Below the pieces are notes generated by a model. It was given only the letters and a program-made list of their open reading frames with translations. It was not told the DNA's origin and ran no database searches. Position numbers and translations under genes: made by a program. Positions 10,204-19,367 of a stretch of 64,000 nt of DNA are shown piece after piece. Source of the DNA: an uncultured Clostridia bacterium (GTDB lineage Bacteria; Bacillota; Clostridia; Oscillospirales; Acutalibacteraceae). The stretch covers positions 160,385 to 224,384 of the forward strand of contig CALHND010000005.1 in assembly GCA_938034875.1 (NCBI GenBank), given 5' to 3'. The stretch's first letter is position 1. The number at the start of each line of letters is the position of its first letter.

Positions 10204-10776
10204 TTATAACAGCGATTCCTCACAAGCCAGGGTTGCTGACTCATACGCTGCAAGTGTCTTTGTTTTGAATGTGTTTATCAATTCCTCATTGCCAAACGCA
10301 GATACTACATAGTTATCAACGGTTATTACAATGAGCTTGTCCGGGAATCCGCACATCCACTGTCTGTTTTTAATGTTTTCCTTAATCGAATCTACAACAT
10401 TAGTAACATCATCCGCATTTTTTATACGATATACTGCGGAGGTAAAGGTGTTTGCATTCATCATGTGAATCATAGAAGCGGCATCGTCAATTAAAGCTGC
10501 CGAATCCTGCGGCAAACCAAGTGTTGTGTCCAGTGCTTCTGCATTATCAGTTGGAAACTTGGCGGGGTGATCAATAAGCTCGCCTGACATATCTCCGCCA
10601 ACAACTGCAAATTTCTCATCCTCGGCATAGCTACCCCATACATTGTTAAGCAGAGTTTCTGAATCTGCGATTTCTGTCTTTGATGCGGTGTCTTTATTTC
10701 CATCTTCAGTTTTGCCGCATGCCGCAATTGCGAACACCAAGGCTACTGCTAAAACTAATGCGAATATCTTTTTCAT
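10204..10776 (-). CDS. lipoprotein (DUF4358-like), cotranscribed with sigma/anti-sigma
   Basis: Signal peptide plus lipobox LVFAIAAC-G; 190 aa. Confidence 0.55.
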   Translation of the reverse strand: MKKIFALVLAVALVFAIAACGKTEDGNKDTASKTEIADSETLLNNVWGSYAEDEKFAVVGGDMSGELIDHPAKFPTDNAEALDTTLGLPQDSAALIDDAASMIHMMNANTFTSAVYRIKNADDVTNVVDSIKENIKNRQWMCGFPDKLIVITVDNYVVSAFGNEELINTFKTKTLAAYESATLACEESLL

Positions 10777-10796
10777 GATTATTCCTCCGTGGTTTT

Positions 10797-11348
10797 TTAT
10801 TTTGTTGTTTTATTAATAATCCATTTCTGGTTATTGCTATAAGAAAGTATGACTTTGTCCGTTGTTTTTTGGTTGGCCAACGACATCTCGAATCGGGTTA
10901 TTTGCTCGCTTGCCTCAACAGTCCAAATTATAAAAACATCATTTTCTGTTTCCAAATTAACGCCCTCGTATATTAAGGTGCTGGTTTCACTATCAAAAAC
11001 CTGCATGGTGCCGCTCGAAACAGATATATTGGTATTATTCGCAACATCGATATTAAGAGAAGCTGAAAACTGCGCCGCCTGTTCTTGGTTCCTACGCCGT
11101 GCAGCTGCAACTGCATTTGACTCGGAAATTACAAGCGGCCGTGATGTAAGCTGTTTATCTAGCACCGTAATTATTGTATCCCCTTTCGGAAAGTACAAAA
11201 ACGCGGCTGCAATAATTAATAAAAAACACGCTGCTGCCGCGCACCATCTTTGCCAATGAATTATCTTGGCCGCCGGTACGTTATGCGCATCATTAATCAG
11301 GTCGTCGTCTATTTCTGTTATTGCGTTAACCAATGTTTCATGCTTCAT
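10797..11348 (-). CDS. putative anti-sigma factor (single-pass membrane protein)
   Basis: Overlaps the stop of the upstream sigma gene (ATGA). A short cytoplasmic N-terminus precedes one TM (WCAAAACFLLIIAAAFLYF) and an extracytoplasmic domain. Confidence 0.45.
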   Translation of the reverse strand: MKHETLVNAITEIDDDLINDAHNVPAAKIIHWQRWCAAAACFLLIIAAAFLYFPKGDTIITVLDKQLTSRPLVISESNAVAAARRRNQEQAAQFSASLNIDVANNTNISVSSGTMQVFDSETSTLIYEGVNLETENDVFIIWTVEASEQITRFEMSLANQKTTDKVILSYSNNQKWIINKTTK

Positions 11349-11905
11349 ACAGTGATTCCCACCTCCTCTAAATACTGCTTTAATTTATTTCGTGTTCTAA
11401 ATAAAACGGACTTTACTTTGCTTTCGCTTACTTTAAATAAAGCAGCTATTTGCGAAATTGAATCGCAATAAAAGTAACGGCACACAAAAATCCGTCGCAC
11501 CTGTTCGGGTTGCGTTCGCAAAAAATCACTTATGCTACGGCCTATCATTGCGTTATCCGTCTGGCTTTCCACGGTGAATGAGCCTGAAACGCATCCGTCT
11601 AATTCGTCCAGCGATAAAGCAAATTCAGCTGCTGCGCGTTTATCGGCATGACAGGCTTTATACCGATTGATTGCTAAATTTCTCGTAATCTTTGCGAGAA
11701 ATGCCGAAAGTGAGGTGGGGTGCTGCGGAGGTATAGCCTTCCACGCTTGCATATAAGTATCGTTTACACATTCTTCGCTTTCGAGCTCACTGCCCAAAAT
11801 GTTTAATGATATTTTCATACAATATGATCCGTATTTTGCGGAAGTCTCCTCAATAGCCTGCTCGTTGCGCTGTAAATACAGCTCTACGATTTCGCTATCA
11901 TTCAT
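11345..11905 (-). CDS. RNA polymerase sigma-70 family (ECF-type) sigma factor
   Basis: Region 2 (VNDTYMQAWKAIP) and region 4 HTH (ISQIAALFKVSESKVKSVLFRTRNKL). Preferred start MNDSEIVELYL with RBS AGGAAAGGAG. The longer frame extends to 11950. Confidence 0.8.
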   Translation of the reverse strand: MNDSEIVELYLQRNEQAIEETSAKYGSYCMKISLNILGSELESEECVNDTYMQAWKAIPPQHPTSLSAFLAKITRNLAINRYKACHADKRAAAEFALSLDELDGCVSGSFTVESQTDNAMIGRSISDFLRTQPEQVRRIFVCRYFYCDSISQIAALFKVSESKVKSVLFRTRNKLKQYLEEVGITV

Positions 11906-12221
11906 TGCAGTCTCCTTTCCTCTGTTTCGCCGTCCTAATAATATAGACAAGAAAATTTAAGTTTGGTTGCACAGAAAAATATATTTTTTTATTTTTTTAT
12001 AAATAATTTAATTTTGTTCGCTACAAGCTATTAAATAAACTATATTATATGTAACAGTAAAGGTCAATAAACAAATAATACCCCGTTACAAAATCGACTT
12101 TACTTTTAAAAACAAGTTGTTGCCCATTGTGCTTTACATGGATTTAATTCAGGAGTATTATCGGTATGGAATTAATAAAAGCGGCGGTCACAAATTAATG
12201 TGATCGCCGCTAATGTTTATA

Positions 12222-12992
12222 TCATAGTTTTCTTTTATTAAAAACGGAAACAGCAACTATTACGTTTATTGCAACAAGCAAGAGAGTAATTATCAGCGAG
12301 ATAATAAACTCTTTTGGCTGTGCAATTCCGGTCAATATTTCCATGCCGTTGCTCAGTTTAAGCGGAAGAAAGTTTTGTGTTTTTTGAAACATACTGAGGA
12401 TATACAATGCTAAAACGCAGCCTCCTGTTCCAAGCAAAACTCCTGTATTTGAGTTTGCAATTGCTGAAAACAGTATTACAAGTGAAATTACCCATACCCC
12501 AAACACATAATAGAAAAACGTTGCCGTAAAGAGATGATTTGCAATGCCGTTGTCCCAGAAATACGCGTTATAGCCGTATGTCACGGTATATGTGAGCGCG
12601 TAACCGGCTGTCCACAGCAATAACATTATAACTGCTTTAGCACTTATCACCTTCCATCTTGAAAGACCTTTTGTCAGCACGGGTATCAGCGTACCTCTAT
12701 GATATTCATTTGTCATACAACCGCAAAGCATTAAAACAAATATTATCAGCACCATGGGAATGTTTTTGTAAAACTGTGTCCATGAAGTAAGTGCTGTAAC
12801 CTCAATTTCAGATATAACCATTCCGCTTTCGGCAAGTGTGTCGGACATTAGTTCCATCATCCACGGTGTAAGCTTGGCAATAGCAGGATTCATTATGCCA
12901 AACAGCACAAAAATGATAAGCAGGATGATAAGCCGCCCACTTCTGAGCTGCTCCAGCCATTCTTTTTTTAAAAAAGCCACAAATGCTTTCAT
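12222..12992 (-). CDS. ABC-2 type transporter permease
   Basis: Six predicted TM helices; translationally coupled to the upstream ATPase. Confidence 0.6.
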   Translation of the reverse strand: MKAFVAFLKKEWLEQLRSGRLIILLIIFVLFGIMNPAIAKLTPWMMELMSDTLAESGMVISEIEVTALTSWTQFYKNIPMVLIIFVLMLCGCMTNEYHRGTLIPVLTKGLSRWKVISAKAVIMLLLWTAGYALTYTVTYGYNAYFWDNGIANHLFTATFFYYVFGVWVISLVILFSAIANSNTGVLLGTGGCVLALYILSMFQKTQNFLPLKLSNGMEILTGIAQPKEFIISLIITLLLVAINVIVAVSVFNKRKL

Positions 12993-13885
12993 TTGCCAAT
13001 CACCTCCATAAATACCGATTCAAGCGTCGGCTCACATTTTTCAAGGCGTGTAAATGAAATGTTTTGTTCAATCAGCAATTTCATGACATTTTCAATTTTA
13101 TCTCCGCTTTGAAAAAGCAGATGGCAACCGTTAATTAGCTCGGCCGTGGGAAAAGCCTGAGTAAGCAAGTAAGCATCTTGAGGGCTTTCAAGCTCAAGTT
13201 CAAAAGAATTACACTTGCGGTTTTGCTTAATGTTTTCAACTGAGCCGCTTTTTACGATATATCCGTTATGTAAAAAAGCAATTTCGTCACATATGCGCTC
13301 TACGTCCGACAAAATGTGTGTGGAAAACAGCACCGTTGTGTATTTCTTTGCCGAAACAAGAATATCAAGAATTTCTTTTCGACCGACAGGGTCAAGAGCA
13401 GAGGTCGGTTCATCGCATATCAGTAACATCGGCTCTCCAAGAAGAGCCTGCGCAATTCCAAGCCTTTGCTTCATCCCCCGAGAAAATCCTTTGATTCGGC
13501 TCTTTTCATTTGAAAGTCCGACAAGAGACAGCAATTCCTCGGATTTACTTAAAGCGGATTTTTTATCCATACAAAGAATGTCGCCGCAAAACATAAGATA
13601 CTCGGACGGTGTCATAAAGTTGTAAAATTCAGGAACATCCGGCAAATATCCTATATAGCGGTTGGTATTTGTCTGACCGTAATGTACCGTCTCACCGTTA
13701 ACTTTTACTGTGCCGTCGTCTTTTGATAAAAGTCCCAAAATTATTTTCATGCAGGTTGTTTTTCCGGCGCCATTTTGTCCGACAAAACCAAAAATCGTGT
13801 GTTCGGGCACACAAAAGCTAAGATCTTTTAACACCTCACGGCTTCCAAAGCTCTTTTTTACATTAGAAAGTTCTAAAATATCCAC
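12989..13885 (-). CDS. ABC transporter ATP-binding protein
   Basis: Walker A GQNGAGKTT, ABC signature FSRGMKQRL, Walker [13 protein letters not shown]. Confidence 0.85.
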   Translation of the reverse strand: MDILELSNVKKSFGSREVLKDLSFCVPEHTIFGFVGQNGAGKTTCMKIILGLLSKDDGTVKVNGETVHYGQTNTNRYIGYLPDVPEFYNFMTPSEYLMFCGDILCMDKKSALSKSEELLSLVGLSNEKSRIKGFSRGMKQRLGIAQALLGEPMLLICDEPTSALDPVGRKEILDILVSAKKYTTVLFSTHILSDVERICDEIAFLHNGYIVKSGSVENIKQNRKCNSFELELESPQDAYLLTQAFPTAELINGCHLLFQSGDKIENVMKLLIEQNISFTRLEKCEPTLESVFMEVIGK

Positions 13886-13888
13886 TTA

Positions 13889-14089
13889 TTAATCCTCTTT
13901 TCCAAGCAGAAAATACAGTATTGGTCCGATAAACTGCATTCCTACTATGCTGACAATAAGCCAAAGTGCACGGTTGCCTCGTTTATATGTTTTGTGGGTT
14001 AAAATGTGGTGAATCGTGTATCCTAAAAGCACAAGTTCCGCTATGGCAAGCGGAATCAAAAACGGTAGTAAATCGATTAGTTTATCCAT
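13889..14089 (-). CDS. PLDc_N-like small membrane protein
   Basis: 66 aa, two TM helices with an LWLIVSIVGMQFIGPILYFLLGK motif typical of the PLD-nuclease N-terminal domain family. Sits upstream of the ABC genes. Confidence 0.5.
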   Translation of the reverse strand: MDKLIDLLPFLIPLAIAELVLLGYTIHHILTHKTYKRGNRALWLIVSIVGMQFIGPILYFLLGKED

Positions 14090-14333
14090 AAAATCATTCC
14101 TCCGATTGTAAAGTTGTTTTATTATTTTAATGCAGTGTATGTATGAAAAGATAACAAATGCTTAATATACACAACATATATTTCATTTTCAGACGTTAGG
14201 GTAACAGATTTATTGATATTGCCGACTATTTCATTGTAGTTATTTATAATGTAGTTTTAAATATCAGTGACAATCAGTGCTTTTTTCTGCATATCACAAC
14301 CTTGCCGGAAATGCATTTTTTAAGCAAGTTTAT

Positions 14334-14630
14334 TTATTTAATAAGACAATTTACAGCTATGATTATCATAAACACAATGATTCCCATAATGGATACAAAA
14401 AGGCCTTTGCTTTTTGAGTTCTCGTTTTCTTTCATGAAAAAGCCGTATATTGCCCCACCCACACCAAGTGCAAAAGGTAACAGTATAGCAACCAATTTGG
14501 GTGCGGCAGTATTCCCGGATGAGCCAATGGAAAACTGAATAATAACCGACTCGGGAAGTATGAAGAAGGACAGGATTGCAAAGCCAATGGATGCAACAAT
14601 CATCAGTATAGGAACAATATTTCTTTTCAT
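14334..14630 (-). CDS. small membrane protein, hypothetical
   Basis: 98 aa, three hydrophobic helices. Confidence 0.35.
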   Translation of the reverse strand: MKRNIVPILMIVASIGFAILSFFILPESVIIQFSIGSSGNTAAPKLVAILLPFALGVGGAIYGFFMKENENSKSKGLFVSIMGIIVFMIIIAVNCLIK

Positions 14631-14660
14631 ATGTAAGCGTTCGCTTTCAGTTTTATTTTA

Positions 14661-15128
14661 TTACAGCTTGGATTTTTCGTAATTGTACGGAATACTCGTG
14701 CCGATAAGAACATCTTCAATTTTATCCACAATCAGCCAATCATCCATATTTGTTTGTTTTTCAAAATTTAAGGCAGGACTAATCGTTGTGGCGGAATCAA
14801 ATGACACAAGACAAATACACTTCTTACGCCACCTAGTTTCCTGCTTTTGCGTTAATATAAGTTTAGCCTTATTGTCAGAAAAGACCTTATCAATTTCATC
14901 TTCGGTCAGTTTCACATAGTTTTTCACATCGGTAACTTTTGCGGTTGCCGTTATTTTCAACGAACCTTTTTCCATGAAATACAATGTATCGCCACTAAAA
15001 ACTCTGCTATGAGGAATCTTTCGGCCTGCGGCACTCCGTATTACCATAGTCTTTTGTCCGGACATAATCCTATCCAATTCTCGTTCTCCGGATTTTCCCG
15101 CATTATCTGTATAAACAACATGGATCAT
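14661..15128 (-). CDS. ASCH (PUA-like) domain protein
   Basis: IMSGQKTMVIRSA ... GDTLYF matches the ASCH beta-barrel signature; 155 aa. Confidence 0.45.
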   Translation of the reverse strand: MIHVVYTDNAGKSGERELDRIMSGQKTMVIRSAAGRKIPHSRVFSGDTLYFMEKGSLKITATAKVTDVKNYVKLTEDEIDKVFSDNKAKLILTQKQETRWRKKCICLVSFDSATTISPALNFEKQTNMDDWLIVDKIEDVLIGTSIPYNYEKSKL

Positions 15129-15751
15129 AAATTTTCTCCTTTGTCTACAAAATTTATATGCTTATAAACTTATTCGCAATATGGTAAGCATGGCATCACG
15201 GGTTACACCGAGATATTCGTCATGTCTTTCATGGAGCACCTTCGTTCGATTAATAATTCAATTGCAATTTGCTCACTTTCGCACGAGCCTATACTAATTC
15301 AAATATATCATACTCCCATATGGAACGCAAATCAATGTTTTATAAGCATTTATGCAGAATTTTTATCAAATGTCACAGCAATGTCGAAATGCATTCTACA
15401 AACCAAAATGAACCGCTTTAAGCTACCTTATCGGTATTGCGTAGCAGCCTTTTGTTGTATTAAAAAACTCCCGGATAAAAAATTCGGGAGCATTGAATTA
15501 AAGTCCTTTTGTTTTTATAAATCATAAAGTTTCGCAGAAGATCCTTTTGTGAATGATTTTTTTAAATACATATTAGTTTAGCTTCAGAAAGTAGAAAAAC
15601 AAATCGTTTTGTTATAATTACCTTTTTGAATTTGCTTAAAGTGGCTTCATTTTGAGAACCGTTTAATGCAGTACACTTTATAGCATAAATTGTTACTATA
15701 CTGATTTTTTCACTCTTAAACGTCTCATTTTTAATTTAAATATATATAAAA

Positions 15752-15795
15752 GACTATATTTTAGAGAATTACCCCTAAAATATAGCCTCTTAATT
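15752..15795 (-). terminator. terminator after the cohesin-like gene
   Basis: Minus-strand hairpin GGCTATATTTTA-ggggtaattctc-TAAAATATAGTC followed by TTTTAT. Confidence 0.5.
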
Positions 15796-15833
15796 TATTC
15801 GTACAATTGATTTGCAATAACTTTATTAAATAA

Positions 15834-17264
15834 TTATGCCTTTTTCTTTTTAATAATAACAATGGTTGCTACACCTGCAATAACTACTATTGCGGCAACT
15901 ACAATTATTATCCAAAGCATATTATTTTTATCATTATTAGTAGATTTGTTGCCTGTACCGTTCACGGCAGTATCAGAAGGAGTCCCAACGTTTGTAGATA
16001 ATATAGGAATAACCTCTTCTTTAACATCTCCACAAGCTGTACAGGTTACAGTTTTGAGTCCTTCTTCTAAATCGGTAGCTTCTTTTGTTACTACTTCATC
16101 GCCGTATGTGTGTCCCTTTGCTTCAATGGTTTCCTTTGTCTTGGTGCCGCAATTGGAACAAGTGCATTCTTCTTCGCCGGCTGTCGTACAGGTTGCTTCA
16201 AGAATTACAACCGCATCTGTGAACTTGTGGCCGGTTGCTTTAATTGTCTTTGTGGTGTTTTTATTACAACGAGTACATTTGCCGGTTTCCGTTCCGGTAC
16301 TTGTACAAGTAGGCTCCTTTGTTACGGTTGATTTTGAGAATTGGTGACCAAGCGCACTTATAGCCTTTGTTTGAGTCTTATCACACTTTGTGCAAGTTCC
16401 TGTTTTCTCGCCTTTTTCGGTACAGGTGGCTTCCTTTGTTGTAGTCCATTTTTCCACTGAATGTCCAGTTGCTGCGATTGCTTTTGTTTCTGTATTCTGG
16501 CAAACTGAACAAGTTCTTGTACTTTCGCCTTTTGTTTCGCAGTCGGGTGCCTTTGTCTGTGTCCATGCACCGTATGTGTGACTGTTTGTTTTGGCTATGG
16601 TTTCAGTTTTTGTTCCGGAACAAACAGTACATGTATAGGTCTTTGTTCCTGCCTCCTTGCAGCTTGCGGCCTTTGTTACTTTGCCGCTGTCCCATGTATG
16701 AGCCTTGCTTTCAGTTGCTCCACAATTCGAACAGGTGTGGGTGTGATTAGTAGAATTTGTATTAGTATATTCACCGAAATCATGAGCTGCACAGCTTACG
16801 TTAATTGTTGCAGTTGTGTTACCAAAGGTGTTTTTGCCACCATCTGCATCTCGTGATTCGCTAAAATTCAATGTAACAGTTTTATTTCCCGTAGTTGCAT
16901 TGTCTTTAATTTTAAATTTAATGGTAGCAATTTTACCTGTTTTGGTATTGTTTGTTGTAGCAAGAGATTCTGCCCAACGAAGTGTATAAGGTGAACTAAT
17001 TGTCGGTGAAGGTGTAGTCCAACCCGCTAAAAGTCCAGAGTCGCTTACTCCTGTGAGCTCCAACCCATCGCCCCACGAAACAGTAAATTTCATTGTAATA
17101 AGTCCGGGGTTAGAATTAAGATTTACGTTTAATGAAACAGTTTCGCCTTGCTTGCCTTGTGCTCCGGAAAGAGCCAAGCTGCCTGATCCTGCTGCCGAAG
17201 CCGGAAACACCAATAACGCTAATGTTAAAACTAATGTTGCTATGATTGCTAATACTTTTTTCAT
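15834..17264 (-). CDS. membrane-anchored cohesin-like domain protein with Cys-rich tandem repeats
   Basis: Signal peptide. An N-terminal ~135-aa domain (GETVSLNVNLNSNPGLITMKFTVSWGDGLELTGV ... GKIATIKFKIKDNATTGNKTVTLNF) matches the cohesin beta-sandwich pattern. Then ~7 repeats of ~33 aa (A-TGH-xF...TKE-TCT..G..TG.C..C...TK.I). C-terminal TM plus KKKKA stop-transfer. Confidence 0.6.
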   Translation of the reverse strand: MKKVLAIIATLVLTLALLVFPASAAGSGSLALSGAQGKQGETVSLNVNLNSNPGLITMKFTVSWGDGLELTGVSDSGLLAGWTTPSPTISSPYTLRWAESLATTNNTKTGKIATIKFKIKDNATTGNKTVTLNFSESRDADGGKNTFGNTTATINVSCAAHDFGEYTNTNSTNHTHTCSNCGATESKAHTWDSGKVTKAASCKEAGTKTYTCTVCSGTKTETIAKTNSHTYGAWTQTKAPDCETKGESTRTCSVCQNTETKAIAATGHSVEKWTTTKEATCTEKGEKTGTCTKCDKTQTKAISALGHQFSKSTVTKEPTCTSTGTETGKCTRCNKNTTKTIKATGHKFTDAVVILEATCTTAGEEECTCSNCGTKTKETIEAKGHTYGDEVVTKEATDLEEGLKTVTCTACGDVKEEVIPILSTNVGTPSDTAVNGTGNKSTNNDKNNMLWIIIVVAAIVVIAGVATIVIIKKKKA

Positions 17265-17277
17265 GAGTAATTCTCCT

Positions 17278-19350
17278 TTAACCTATTTGAATATTCCAAC
17301 CAGCGAGGTGGCGGTCTAACATAACGCCGTCCCAGTCGGTTATTTCGCCATCGCCGTCAATATCCAATGCATCAATCACACTAATATCAACATCCCAGCC
17401 TGCTAAATATCGTGCCAGCACAACGCCGTCCCAGTCGGTTATTACACCGTCGCTGTCAACGTCGCCCAATTCGCACATCGGCTGTCCGCACACATCACAA
17501 ATGTCGTCATCACCATAAATATGACCGGTTTCTCTTTCAAAACTGCACTCATTACAAGTGGCATCACAGTCATTATCAAAGGTATGACCTATTGTACCCG
17601 TTTTTTCCCAACCGCATTCGTTACAGGTGCTATCAAAGCAGTCAGTATACGAATGCTCATCAGCGCATGTATTATAATGCCAAGTAGCATTTATTAAATT
17701 ATCGTTGTAACCATAACAACAAATCTCTTCTCTATCCTCTTCAGAACCGACGTACCATACATCAGTGAGATTTGTACAGTCCGAAAATGCTGATTCGCCA
17801 ATAAAAGTTGCATTAACGGGAAGTTGAATTTTTGTGAGGCTGAAGCATCTAGAAAATGTATAATTTCCGATAATTGTAACCTTATTGGGTATTACGATGC
17901 TTGTGATACTCTGGCAGCCGAAAAACGCTCGACTACCCAAGCTGGTTAAACTGTCGGAAAGGGTTACATTTGTAAGTTCTGCGCAGGCTTCGAACGCTTC
18001 GTCACCGATACTTGTTACGCTATCGGGAATGGCAATTTCGGTAAGACCTGTACATTCAAGAAATGCTCTGTTACCGATACTTGTTACGCTATCGGGAATA
18101 GTAATGCTTGTTATTTCGTAGTTGACAAAAAAAGCGTATTCACCAATGCTCGTCACGGTGCTGTCGGTAGGAATAGTGCTGTTTTTGCAACCTGCAACTA
18201 AAATTTTATTTTCAGTGTCGATAATGCAGTTCCCTGAGCTGTGATATACCGTGTTGCCGCTGTCTACCGTCATGCTTTCGAGCCCGACACAGCCGCCAAA
18301 AGCATTTTCGCCAATATTTGTTACGCTATCGGGAATAGTAATTCCTTCAAGCTCTTCTGCATAGACAAAGGCATAGTCTGCTATCGTTAATGTGCTGTCT
18401 TTTACAATATATGTATCGCAAATAGAGTACTTTGCACTAATTAAATGACTACCAATATACAAAACATCGTTTTCCCAATTATCTTCGTTGAGATAATATT
18501 CGGTATCCAAAAACGCGTCAATTCCAATGTTTGTTACGCTATCGGGAATAGTAATCCCTTTAAGCTCTTCTACATAGTAAAAGGCAAAGTCTGCTATCGT
18601 CAATGTGCCGTCTTTTACAACATATGTATCGCAATCAGAGTACTTTGCACTAATTAAATGGCTTCCAATATATAAGATATCGTTTTCCCAATTATCTTCG
18701 TTGAGATAATATCCGGTGCCCGAAAAAGCCGACATTTCGATGCTAGTTACGCTGTCGGTAAGGGTAATGCTTTCAAGTGCAGAACACTCCGCAAAAGCAT
18801 AAGCTCCGATGCTTGTTACACTATCGGGAATAATGATACTTGTGAGGTTTATGCAAAATTCAAATGCACCACGTTCAATGCTTGTTACGCCATTAGGAAT
18901 TGTTACGCTGGTAAGATCTTCGCAACCAACAAACATAAGTTCTCCTATGCTTGTTACGCCATCAGGAATTGTTGCGCTGGTAAGGCTGTCGCACCAACCA
19001 AAAGCAATGTCACCTATGCTTGTTACGCTGTCGGGAATGGTAATGCTTGTGATGCTCTCACAATACAAAAATGCACCTTTACCTATGCTCGTCACACCAT
19101 CAGGAATTGTTACGCTAGTAAGGTTTGTGCATTGAAAAAATGCTCTAACACCTATACTTGTTACCTCATAACCGCCTAATGTTGAAGGGATTGTCACATT
19201 ACCACTGATGTCTGTGCTAACATTCATAATGGTTGCTTTTCCATCAATTATAATGTATTTGTAATACCCTTCCGTTTCCGCGTTTGCGGTTAGGCTCACC
19301 GTCCCCATAACCACCACCAACGTCAAAATAATTGCTAGGATTCTTTTCAA
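17278..19350 (-). CDS. BspA-type leucine-rich repeat protein with a C-terminal type-I dockerin
   Basis: Signal peptide. About 20 LRR units of ~23 aa ([22 protein letters not shown]). A Cys-rich segment. The C-terminus is [24 protein letters not shown] ... [24 protein letters not shown], a duplicated Ca-binding dockerin loop. Confidence 0.8.
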   Translation of the reverse strand: MKRILAIILTLVVVMGTVSLTANAETEGYYKYIIIDGKATIMNVSTDISGNVTIPSTLGGYEVTSIGVRAFFQCTNLTSVTIPDGVTSIGKGAFLYCESITSITIPDSVTSIGDIAFGWCDSLTSATIPDGVTSIGELMFVGCEDLTSVTIPNGVTSIERGAFEFCINLTSIIIPDSVTSIGAYAFAECSALESITLTDSVTSIEMSAFSGTGYYLNEDNWENDILYIGSHLISAKYSDCDTYVVKDGTLTIADFAFYYVEELKGITIPDSVTNIGIDAFLDTEYYLNEDNWENDVLYIGSHLISAKYSICDTYIVKDSTLTIADYAFVYAEELEGITIPDSVTNIGENAFGGCVGLESMTVDSGNTVYHSSGNCIIDTENKILVAGCKNSTIPTDSTVTSIGEYAFFVNYEITSITIPDSVTSIGNRAFLECTGLTEIAIPDSVTSIGDEAFEACAELTNVTLSDSLTSLGSRAFFGCQSITSIVIPNKVTIIGNYTFSRCFSLTKIQLPVNATFIGESAFSDCTNLTDVWYVGSEEDREEICCYGYNDNLINATWHYNTCADEHSYTDCFDSTCNECGWEKTGTIGHTFDNDCDATCNECSFERETGHIYGDDDICDVCGQPMCELGDVDSDGVITDWDGVVLARYLAGWDVDISVIDALDIDGDGEITDWDGVMLDRHLAGWNIQIG
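17700..19250. repeat. tandem ~69-bp coding repeats (LRR units)
   Basis: The recurrent string cctatgcttgttacgct.tcgggaat.gt.atgcttgt appears many times. Confidence 0.7.
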
Positions 19351-19367
19351 TTTATACTACCTCTCCC

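Noticed and set aside
10491-10727. 78-aa minus-strand ORF inside the lipoprotein gene
   Set aside because: It is an alternative frame within 10204-10776. The lipoprotein frame has a signal peptide and lipobox, whereas this frame is Arg/Gln-rich junk.
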